Positions 20,346-27,983 of a DNA stretch of 64,000 nucleotides are shown in pieces; positions within the stretch are counted from its first letter, which is position 1, and each line of letters starts with the position of its first letter. The notes under the pieces were generated by a model, which made no database searches, was not told the DNA's origin, and worked only from the letters and a program-made list of their open reading frames with translations. The position numbers and the translations under genes were made by a program. This DNA is from Spirochaetia bacterium (lineage in GTDB: Bacteria; Spirochaetota; Spirochaetia; SZUA-6; Bin103), in the NCBI GenBank assembly GCA_965203905.1, contig CBDBDQ010000005.1:5792001-5856000 (forward strand), written 5' to 3'.

Positions 20346-21733
20346 CCCATTCCACCACGCAGCACATGATCAAGGGATGTTTTCAGTCGCTTCGTGAGCT
20401 TCTCAAGATCTACCGACTGGCCTCTGCATATAACGTGAGTTATGCTCGAAATCTGTTCGATGTCGTTGCTCGGATCGCCGCTGAGCAATACGAGGTCGGC
20501 GTACGCACCTGGCTCGATTACACCAACGGGATGGTCGAGGAAGCGGGCCGGTACGGACGTCGCTGACTGCAGGCAATCCAATGCGGATATGCCACACATT
20601 CGGTGTAGTTCCTTGATCTCATCATGGAGACTGAAGCCAGGGGCCAATGAAGGGTTGGGAGAATCGGTGCCCGTGAGGATGCGGACACCGCGCTGATGCA
20701 GCAACGCGACGGTCTCGCATACTCTTCGGTAACCTTGGCGTACCACCAAGTCTGTCTTCTTGTCCAAGTCGACGACCGGCAAGTGAGCGGCCAGAATCTT
20801 TTTTCCGATTTGGTAGCCAATTCTGCTTCGCATCCGCAGCAGATACTTGTGGTACGGCATGGTGAGCGACGCCCACTTCAGACTTGGCGTGGCCAGCATA
20901 TCCTTGAAGAACGACCATCGTCTGGACACGAGCAACGTCGGGCACAGCATGGTACCGGTGGATTCCATGACTTCGCCCATACGGCGGGCAACGGCGGCGG
21001 GCACCACGTGAGCCCAGTTCAGCAAATGGCGGATGGCGGCGTTGGCGCCGTGAGGGACCACCGAATGTTGTTGTTGATGGTCGCGATCGACGAGGTTTAT
21101 CGCATGCTCGAGGGAATCCACTCCGTGCTCCGCGCCCGCGTGCGCGGACACCTCACCGGAGTGAAACGCCACCTTCAAGGAGGCCGCATGTGCTTGCTTT
21201 ACGAGGTGACCGAACACCGCGGGGGTGATCGACTGGTAGATCTTGACGAAATCGACCGCTTCCAACTTGAGTCTTCGGATTGCCATCTCGGCCGCCTCCG
21301 GAGTCGTCACCGAACGCGTAAAGCTCCACGTCGGGACGGCGCCATCAAGGAGCGGTCCGGACGCGTACAGACGTGGCCCAGCGCCGTCTTCGAGCCATCT
21401 CTTCAGATAGTGAATCGTGTCCAACGAGTTGCCAACATCGCGCAACGTGGTTACGCCATTCAACAGGCACAGCCGAACAAAGTCCTTTGCTGCAGAGTGC
21501 GGATTACCCGCCGGCAGACCTCCGCGATAGCCACTCGTGTGAACATGGGCGTCTACGAGTCCCGGCATCGCGAATCGTGCCTCGTAATCGAATTCAGGCC
21601 TGCTCCGGTCGCGGCGCTGTGCCCCACAGGTGACCCCAACGATACGCTCTCCGCGGATCTCTATGAGTGGATCCTGCACTACGCGGTGACCATCGAATAG
21701 GGCATCGGCTCGTATGCGAGTCGTCCTGCTCAC
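20342..21733 (-). CDS. Metal-dependent amidohydrolase within the RiPP operon
   Basis: PGLVDAHVH, VKIY, AFH, LEH, GTDS, GVIEPGAYADLVLL; GTG start overlaps the CAAX protease TGA and its stop overlaps the ATPase start. Confidence 0.87.
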   Translation of the reverse strand: MSRTTRIRADALFDGHRVVQDPLIEIRGERIVGVTCGAQRRDRSRPEFDYEARFAMPGLVDAHVHTSGYRGGLPAGNPHSAAKDFVRLCLLNGVTTLRDVGNSLDTIHYLKRWLEDGAGPRLYASGPLLDGAVPTWSFTRSVTTPEAAEMAIRRLKLEAVDFVKIYQSITPAVFGHLVKQAHAASLKVAFHSGEVSAHAGAEHGVDSLEHAINLVDRDHQQQHSVVPHGANAAIRHLLNWAHVVPAAVARRMGEVMESTGTMLCPTLLVSRRWSFFKDMLATPSLKWASLTMPYHKYLLRMRSRIGYQIGKKILAAHLPVVDLDKKTDLVVRQGYRRVCETVALLHQRGVRILTGTDSPNPSLAPGFSLHDEIKELHRMCGISALDCLQSATSVPARFLDHPVGVIEPGAYADLVLLSGDPSNDIEQISSITHVICRGQSVDLEKLTKRLKTSLDHVLRGGMG

Positions 21734-22386
21734 TTGCGTTGCTCCTGTTGTCCAGCCCGTGTACCGTACTGAACCAGCACCAGTGCGTTGAATGACAGGT
21801 GCATGATCACGGCGAGCAACACGCTCCCGAACAGAATGTTCGAAGCCGCCAACACCAAGCCGCCAAAGAGTTTCGACAAGGCACCTGCCAGACCGGAGTT
21901 CAGATGAGTCAGAGCGAATCCTACGGAAGTGATCACCGCCACCCACCCTAGCGACAGACCGGCAGCGTCCAAAAGCAATTGCCATATGACCCCGCGCCAG
22001 AACAACTCTTCGACGACGGCTCCGAAGAGCAACCCGAACGCCCATAATGTCGCGGTCGACCGAGTGCACCAGCCAGGTCGCGGCGAGCCGGTGCGACGGA
22101 CGCCAGAGCTGCCGCCGCGGGGCGTACCGCTGCCTCCCACGACCTCCCAAAAAAGACGGATTCCCTTTTCGGCGATGTACCACAGCAGGGCTGCGACCAC
22201 CGCAGTGGTACCGGCGACGGCGACCTGCCAGCTCGCCTCGGAGGAGAACCGAGGAAACGTAGGAATCGATCCCAGGCTGAGGATGATGCTCATGATCACC
22301 CCCAGTACCAGCCAGCCGAGGTGGTCAGCAATCACCCCGATCTCGTGTGCAGCACGCTCACTACGCTGCCCGGTGGCCGCGATCAT
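21730..22386 (-). CDS. CPBP/CAAX (Abi) intramembrane protease (SagE-like)
   Basis: EELFWRG, FALTH and MHLSFN motifs with hydrophobic helices. Confidence 0.9.
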   Translation of the reverse strand: MIAATGQRSERAAHEIGVIADHLGWLVLGVIMSIILSLGSIPTFPRFSSEASWQVAVAGTTAVVAALLWYIAEKGIRLFWEVVGGSGTPRGGSSGVRRTGSPRPGWCTRSTATLWAFGLLFGAVVEELFWRGVIWQLLLDAAGLSLGWVAVITSVGFALTHLNSGLAGALSKLFGGLVLAASNILFGSVLLAVIMHLSFNALVLVQYGTRAGQQEQRK

Positions 22387-23279
22387 TGTGTCGTGTCCGT
22401 ATCCGGACGCGCTCCGACGACGAACAGGATCATCGAGAACTCGTCATGTGGATCCAGTCCAAGAAACTCATCCACCCCATCATCGGAGAATCCGGAGATC
22501 GGGAGGGAGCGCAGTTTAAGCGCGGTTGCGACGTACCACATCGACTGCACCAGAACGCCTACGTCGATATGCGCCGTCCGGTATCCTCGCACTCCGTACT
22601 TCCAGTAGAATCTCTCCGGTACACAGGTGACCACACAGACATAGCTTGCATAGTGGAGATACTCCACACCAAATCCCAGTTCAACCATCCGGCTCCTCAT
22701 CTGGCCCCGTTGCAGCAATTCGAGCGAGTGATTCGGTGCCCTGTAGTGGTAGAGGCCTTGCGCCAGCCGATCTACGTTGTTGACCACCACGTACACCTCC
22801 CAGGGTTGTAGACCACCGCCGCTAGGCGTGAAGCGCACCGGGAACTCACCCGTGTTATAGGCCGGACCGTAACGGCGAATTCCACACGACCAGTGTAAGA
22901 AGGTGCTTAGCGCGTCGATGCCGATGGTGCGATCGACGTAGTCTCGGCGCGCGGCGCGTGCCCGAATCACTTGCTCCAAAGAGTATGACATACCAACGAA
23001 TTCAGTGGTCAGCGAAATCTGTGGAGCGTGATCGTAGACCTTGCAAACCTGTGGCGCTCTCTTGGTACTGGTAAACGTCTCGCCCGACAGGGTCGCGCCG
23101 ACGTTCCGCAGAGTCGAGTGGATCAGATCCAACTCGTTCAGGTCCTGGCGCGACGATACGCGCACGGCACGCTTGACGAGACCGATGATCTGCGCTCGCT
23201 CGGCGACAGGACGTTCTGACAGAAGCCTATGTAGTTCGCGCTCCAGAGAGCCTGTCTCATGCTGAGATTCACTTCCCAT
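22383..23279 (-). CDS. SagB-type FMN-dependent peptide dehydrogenase (azoline to azole)
   Basis: RAARRDY, RFTPSGGGLQPWEVY, GLYHY, WKYGVRGYR; AAGGAGG RBS before ATG 23279. Confidence 0.9.
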   Translation of the reverse strand: MGSESQHETGSLERELHRLLSERPVAERAQIIGLVKRAVRVSSRQDLNELDLIHSTLRNVGATLSGETFTSTKRAPQVCKVYDHAPQISLTTEFVGMSYSLEQVIRARAARRDYVDRTIGIDALSTFLHWSCGIRRYGPAYNTGEFPVRFTPSGGGLQPWEVYVVVNNVDRLAQGLYHYRAPNHSLELLQRGQMRSRMVELGFGVEYLHYASYVCVVTCVPERFYWKYGVRGYRTAHIDVGVLVQSMWYVATALKLRSLPISGFSDDGVDEFLGLDPHDEFSMILFVVGARPDTDTTQ

Positions 23280-23374
23280 GATTGCGCCTCCTTGCGAGCT
23301 CTCGGCGGTACTGAGTGCCTCCGCCGACGGACTTACCCACGACTCCCAGGCAAGACTTGCGGCGATACCGCACA

Positions 23375-24175
23375 CTAACCTGAGGCATCGCCGGGGTCGT
23401 TGCCGGAAAGTGCCGCGGTGGTCGCCAACAGCGTCGTTTCGACACCATCGAATCCCAGTAAGGACTCGACCGTGACATCGTAGAAATCCAGAGACGTGGC
23501 CACGGCCAGTCCCGCTGCTTGCAGCAGCTGCTCGACTCTGCTGATCTGCTTGCCCAGTTCGACCAGCATGCGCCGGTACCCTCGGGGTCCCTGCAGCGCC
23601 ATGTAGCGCCAAGGAAAGCCTACATACAGTATCAAGTGGCGCACCTCAAGAGCACCGTTCGGTTGATCAAGGTGAAGGTAATCGGACATCTTCTTGGCAT
23701 CGTCAGAGGACAGTCGTCGTTCCAACCACAAGCGCTGATTGCGCATCCGATAGAGCATGCCTGCTACGCAGAAATACAACTCCACTGCCAACAACGAACT
23801 GATTTCAGGTTCCGCTACGAGGCGCCCCATCGCCCCATCCAAATCGACTCTGGTGAACCCTATTCGTTCACTTTCGGGTTCGTCAAGGGCATCTTCCTGT
23901 GGCACGTAGCCCTCTCGATCCAGCCACGTACGAAGCTCATCGGCGCGCTCCGACGACAGCGGTACGTTAACCTGAGATGCCGCGGATATTCTTGAGTTGC
24001 AGTGAAACAACTCTGCTTCGTGGATCGACGTGGTGCCGTACCGATCGAGGAAGTCAGACCACGGTGTACGCGCTACCTTGCCGCTTATCCCGACGCGCAA
24101 ATCTGCCTCGGCAAGGGTTGCAAGAGGGCTCCATCGCTGAGTGTCACCGTGAGTATTCGCAAAGGTGTAGTTCAT
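23375..24175 (-). CDS. Second, divergent SagB/nitroreductase-like protein
   Basis: C-terminal WRYMALQGPRGYRRMLVELG...DFYD...LLGFDG parallels SagB; lacks PSGG and KY motifs. Confidence 0.65.
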   Translation of the reverse strand: MNYTFANTHGDTQRWSPLATLAEADLRVGISGKVARTPWSDFLDRYGTTSIHEAELFHCNSRISAASQVNVPLSSERADELRTWLDREGYVPQEDALDEPESERIGFTRVDLDGAMGRLVAEPEISSLLAVELYFCVAGMLYRMRNQRLWLERRLSSDDAKKMSDYLHLDQPNGALEVRHLILYVGFPWRYMALQGPRGYRRMLVELGKQISRVEQLLQAAGLAVATSLDFYDVTVESLLGFDGVETTLLATTAALSGNDPGDASG

Positions 24176-24184
24176 GAACCGATC

Positions 24185-25330
24185 CTAGAAAAACGTGCTT
24201 CTATAGGGCGCACGTGAGGCCGAACAGGCGGGACAGCGTGGCAGCGCCATCACGTTCGAGTAAACGAATTCCAAATCCTCAAAGGAGATTCGCAGATTGC
24301 GAGACTGTAGCGAGCTCCTGGAGGTGGTCAGTAGCCGCAACACTTCGCGGCTCACGATACCGGCAGCGACATCAGCGTGGCACGGAATCATGGTCGACAG
24401 CGTGCCAGGCACGGATCGTGCACAACTATCCGTCCCATTCACCCGGTCATTCTTGCTCTCGTTGTACAGCCACGACTGCCCACGCCACTGCATTCCAGCG
24501 TCCTCCTGAATCGCCAGCTCAAGGTAGCACGGGGTCTCTCCAGGTACGAAGACAGGACCCATTGAGAGTTCGCTGCCATCGACATAGACGAATAACCAAG
24601 TGCGCTCCAAGTCGATAGCTATCTCGTTCGTCGTGTGGAGAGAGTCCGGAGAAAAACTGTCCAATGCCACTACGCCCAGGTCCACGTCTTCGAACACCGA
24701 GCGGATTTGAGTGGCATCGTTCTCGTCACCGCTGATTGCGTAGTACTCACCACCAAAGCCGGTCTCAAGCACATGCTCTTGCAGCGCTCTGGCCGAATTG
24801 ATGGGAGTGCTGTCAGGGGGCACGGCGAAGCGCACGATACGGGCGTCGTCGGCCGATCCGAGGGTAACTCCACTCAACTGCAGGATACGCCCGATACCAA
24901 AGTCAGCGCAGCACCTGGCGAGACGCAGGCCGACCGCACCACCGCCAACGATGCCAATACTGACATTCCCGAGGGGAGGCGGAGCTGGCGTCCCAGTAGC
25001 TCGCAGATAAGTGTCGATGAGGCCCTGTGGAGCGCGACCGTTGACGACGATTCCACGGTCAGAGAGCCAGCTCAGCAACTCCGCCAGATCATCCTTGTCG
25101 ACACTGGAGAAAGTCCGTTCCAGGTCGCTCAATAGCCGTTCCTGGGACAAGTAGTCTATGACATCAGCCAGGACGCCATTGTGAGCGTCGTCTCGGATGA
25201 TTTCCGAAAACAGTGAGCGTCTCCCGTGTTTCGCGAAGATCTCGTTATCGTTACAGCGGATAAATTCATAGTGTGGGTTCCGCACCCAGGATATGTTCTG
25301 TTTCGTTTCGAGGTCTGCTGTCACAACCAT
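24185..25330 (-). CDS. E1/ThiF-like TOMM C protein (leader-binding cyclodehydratase partner, SagC-like)
   Basis: N-terminal winged-helix/RRE-like region, IGIVGGGAVG, MGPVFVPGETPCY, C-terminal LPRCPAC. Confidence 0.85.
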   Translation of the reverse strand: MVVTADLETKQNISWVRNPHYEFIRCNDNEIFAKHGRRSLFSEIIRDDAHNGVLADVIDYLSQERLLSDLERTFSSVDKDDLAELLSWLSDRGIVVNGRAPQGLIDTYLRATGTPAPPPLGNVSIGIVGGGAVGLRLARCCADFGIGRILQLSGVTLGSADDARIVRFAVPPDSTPINSARALQEHVLETGFGGEYYAISGDENDATQIRSVFEDVDLGVVALDSFSPDSLHTTNEIAIDLERTWLFVYVDGSELSMGPVFVPGETPCYLELAIQEDAGMQWRGQSWLYNESKNDRVNGTDSCARSVPGTLSTMIPCHADVAAGIVSREVLRLLTTSRSSLQSRNLRISFEDLEFVYSNVMALPRCPACSASRAPYRSTFF

Positions 25331-25388
25331 TCCCTATTGATTGAATCGAGCACATCATCCTCCCATCGGCGGACAACGGAGCGATAGC

Positions 25389-25421
25389 GTGGCGCCTCCA
25401 GCTCGACGCTGGAGACGCCAC
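25389..25421 (-). terminator. Strong stem-loop between the precursor genes and the modification enzymes (attenuator or stabiliser)
   Basis: Minus-strand RNA GUGGCGUCUCCAGC-GUCGA-GCUGGAGGCGCCAC: 14-bp stem with one G-U pair; no U-tract. Confidence 0.65.
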
Positions 25422-25443
25422 TCAAACGACGTTGGACTGTTAT

Positions 25444-25593
25444 TCAGACCAACTCATCATCGCCAGTCTCGGGCGATGTCGCGATCGTAGTGCAATGACA
25501 GTGGCACCAACAGCTGCAACACCAGCCTGCGACCGCCGGGCTAGCCAGTATCGACCCGCGAGCTTCCGTGAATCGCGTGACTCGTAACTTCAC
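25444..25593 (-). CDS. RiPP precursor peptide 2 (49 aa): MKLRVTRFTEARGSILASPAVAGWCCSCWCHCHCTTIATSPETGDDELV
   Basis: Hand translation; AAGGAG RBS 6 nt before GTG; Cys-rich core; paralog of precursor 1. Confidence 0.92.
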   Translation of the reverse strand: MKLRVTRFTEARGSILASPAVAGWCCSCWCHCHCTTIATSPETGDDELV

Positions 25594-25651
25594 ATGTCAC
25601 TCCTTCAAAGCGTCGGTGCGCTCGAGTCAGGGTGTGATATTGGACTGCCAC

Positions 25652-25807
25652 TCAGACCAATTCATCGTCGCCGGTCTCGGGTGATGTCGCAATCGTAGTG
25701 CAGTGGCAATGGCACCAGCAGCAGCAGGAGCAGCAACATCCGGGAAGCCCCGGCGTGACAGGCGAGGCAAGTATGGCTTCGCCAAAGCGGATCGCTTTCA
25801 ATTTCAC
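25652..25807 (-). CDS. RiPP precursor peptide 1 (51 aa): MKLKAIRFGEAILASPVTPGLPGCCCSCCCWCHCHCTTIATSPETGDDELV
   Basis: Hand translation; AAGGAGGTGA RBS before GTG; 9 Cys in the core; FxxxI leader motif. Confidence 0.93.
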   Translation of the reverse strand: MKLKAIRFGEAILASPVTPGLPGCCCSCCCWCHCHCTTIATSPETGDDELV

Positions 25808-26183
25808 GGCAATTCACCTCCTTTTCTAGATTCCTCCCTTATTGCTTGTCTCAGCTTTCGTGAATGAGACGTCCACGCATAGGGCCGCCTCTCCGTCCCC
25901 GATCTCGGCAGAGTCCGGCTGACGGCGGCGCGCCACTACGGGACGGCGGACCCCGCTTCCGGTACCGGATGCCGGCGCACCACTCGTCGCCCATCCGGGG
26001 TCGGGCACGAGAAGCGGCTGCGAGCCCCACCTGGTGCGGACTTGCCGCACGGCCCCTCCAGCGAGCCCGATCAGGAGCCTGAGCAGGACAGTTGCAGCCG
26101 CTGCATGTAGTCGGGAGGCGGCCACCGGGAGCGGCGGCCGCAGCTGCCGGCTTCGGTACAGGGCGGATTGGCGATGGGCATAT

Positions 26184-26212
26184 TTGACTGCTCATTCCAA
26201 ATACTCTATATT
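26184..26212 (+). promoter_or_regulatory. Putative sigma70 promoter for the TPR/ABC operon
   Basis: TTGACT-N17-TATATT in an AT-rich patch. Confidence 0.5.
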
Positions 26213-26240
26213 TCATAGCACACTCGAAACACGAGTACAA
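26212..26240 (-). promoter_or_regulatory. Putative sigma70 promoter for the RiPP operon
   Basis: TTGTAC-N17-TATGAA with extended TG; spacer contains the inverted repeat ACTCG-AAACA-CGAGT (26222-26236). Confidence 0.4.
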
Positions 26241-26373
26241 GGGGTTGGAGAGATTTTTTTTGGGAGCGTCTGGTGCCGTTTTCGGACTGCACCTGGGCGC
26301 TCGGGGCCTCGACGACGGCGGGTCATGACCGGCTGCGGCGGCCCCGTGTGGCACCGCTGGCAAACGCGCGTAT

Positions 26374-27291
26374 TTGCGCAGGAGAGGACAGATGAGTCAC
26401 CACGGTCGGTCCGTGACATGGAAGAGCATGAAAACGGCGCATGGGGCAGTGCACGGTGGCCGCCATTTTCGGACCAGAGATCACACCTTGCGGCTGACCT
26501 TGCTGCTGTGGGTTGCGGCGGCGCCGTTTGCGGGCGGAGCGCGCGACTTGCAGGACTACGCTCCCGATCCTGCGGCCGCGCAGGTGCTGGCCGACTACCA
26601 GCGAGCCCAAGATGAGGGCTTCCTGAACCAGGAAGCCAATCTAGATACGACTCGCGTCATGGCGGACACCGGGCGGTGGCGCGACCGGATCGAGGAGCTG
26701 CGTGGCGATCCCCCGGTCTACCACTACTTGCGCGCCCGAATCGAGTACGACCTCTTTCATCGACTGTCCGGCACCGGCCGCGCGCCGACAGACGCTCTGA
26801 ACCGCGCCCTGGAGCATATCCAGCGCTTCGCGGCGCAGAGGGTGCGGTTCGCCGACGGCTACGCGCTGCACGGCGCCATCCTGGGACAGAAGATCGCCGC
26901 CAACCCCGGCAGCGCGCTGCTCCACGCACGCGCTGCCAAACGCGCGACCATGACCGCGCTACGGATCAACCCCGACCATCAGGTGGCGCATCTCAACCTC
27001 GGATTCACCTTCGCCAACGCTCCCGAGGCCTTCGGCGGCGACCGCAAGGCGGCGGTCAGGCACTTCCGCAGGGCGTTCTCCGGCAGCGCAGCGGCGCCAC
27101 GGGCGATTGCGGGTGTGTGGCTGAGCATCATGTACCATCAGCTTGGCGATCCTCGGCAGGCGGCGGAGGTGATCGAAGAGGTGATGGAGTTTGCGCCCGG
27201 CTTTCCGCTTGCGGTGGCGACGGCGCACGCACTGGCCGACGGCACCGACCCGCTGGTGTACCTGGAACGGCTGCAGCATGCCGGAGAGTGA
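26374..27291 (+). CDS. Exported TPR-like helical protein (true start possibly TTG ~26488)
   Basis: Signal-like LRLTLLLWVAAAPFAGGA; ALRINPDHQVAHLNLG...APEAFGGD TPR-type helices. Confidence 0.7.
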   Translation: MRRRGQMSHHGRSVTWKSMKTAHGAVHGGRHFRTRDHTLRLTLLLWVAAAPFAGGARDLQDYAPDPAAAQVLADYQRAQDEGFLNQEANLDTTRVMADTGRWRDRIEELRGDPPVYHYLRARIEYDLFHRLSGTGRAPTDALNRALEHIQRFAAQRVRFADGYALHGAILGQKIAANPGSALLHARAAKRATMTALRINPDHQVAHLNLGFTFANAPEAFGGDRKAAVRHFRRAFSGSAAAPRAIAGVWLSIMYHQLGDPRQAAEVIEEVMEFAPGFPLAVATAHALADGTDPLVYLERLQHAGE

Positions 27292-27970
27292 CGCTGCTTC
27301 GGTCCCGGTGCTGCAGGCGCGACGCGCCACCAAGCGCTACCGCAGCGCCTCGGGCGACGTGATGGCGTTGAGCAGCGTCGATCTCGTCGTTCAACAGGGT
27401 CAGTTCGTAATCGTGATCGGGCCGTCCGGCAGCGGCAAGAGCACCCTGCTCAATGTGTTGGCAGGCATCGACACGGTGGATGAGGGCAAGGTCTACTACC
27501 GCAGCCGGGCGTTGAGCGACTACACCGACGCCCAGCGCACCCGTCTGCGCCGGCGTGCGTTGGCGGTGGTGTTCCAGAGCTTCGAACTGGCGCCACTCAT
27601 GAACTGCTATCGCAACATCGAGTTTCCGTTGCTGCTGGCGCACGTGTCTCGGGCCGAGCGGCGGCATCGGGTGCAGCGAATCGCGGACCAACTGGAGATC
27701 GGAAGTCTGCTTGGGCGCAGAATCAACGCCGTATCCATGGGGCAGCGGCAGCGAATCGCCATCGCCCGTGCCCTGGTGGTGGAGCCCGAGGTAGTGTTGG
27801 GCGACGAGATCACCGCCAGTCTCGACTCGCACTCGTCGCGGCGCATCTATGCGCTGCTGCGGCGACAGCAGCGTACGGCCGGACGTACGTTCGTCATGGT
27901 CACGCACGACAGCTCACTGGCAGAGCCTGGCGACCGCCTGCTGCAGATGCGCGACGGCAGGCTGGGGTAA
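27278..27970 (+). CDS. ABC ATP-binding protein, MacB/LolD type
   Basis: GPSGSGKST, VSMGQRQR signature variant, LGDE, VTHD. Confidence 0.9.
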   Translation: MPESDAASVPVLQARRATKRYRSASGDVMALSSVDLVVQQGQFVIVIGPSGSGKSTLLNVLAGIDTVDEGKVYYRSRALSDYTDAQRTRLRRRALAVVFQSFELAPLMNCYRNIEFPLLLAHVSRAERRHRVQRIADQLEIGSLLGRRINAVSMGQRQRIAIARALVVEPEVVLGDEITASLDSHSSRRIYALLRRQQRTAGRTFVMVTHDSSLAEPGDRLLQMRDGRLG

Positions 27971-27983
27971 GGACACGCGTCCC

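Noticed and set aside
21734-23612. Long N-terminal extensions of the amidohydrolase (to 22183) and SagB (to 23612) in the ORF track
   Set aside because: They overlap upstream genes; coupled or RBS-supported starts exist at 21733 and 23279.
17120-25807. Thiopeptide, cyanobactin or thioamitide assignment for the cluster
   Set aside because: No LanB-type dehydratase or pyridine synthase, no PatA/G subtilisin protease and no TfuA gene in the window.
25826-26363. ORFs of 99 and 170 aa upstream of the precursors, as a possible third precursor or regulator
   Set aside because: No leader, core or follower similarity and low-complexity composition; probably shadow ORFs in a leader region.
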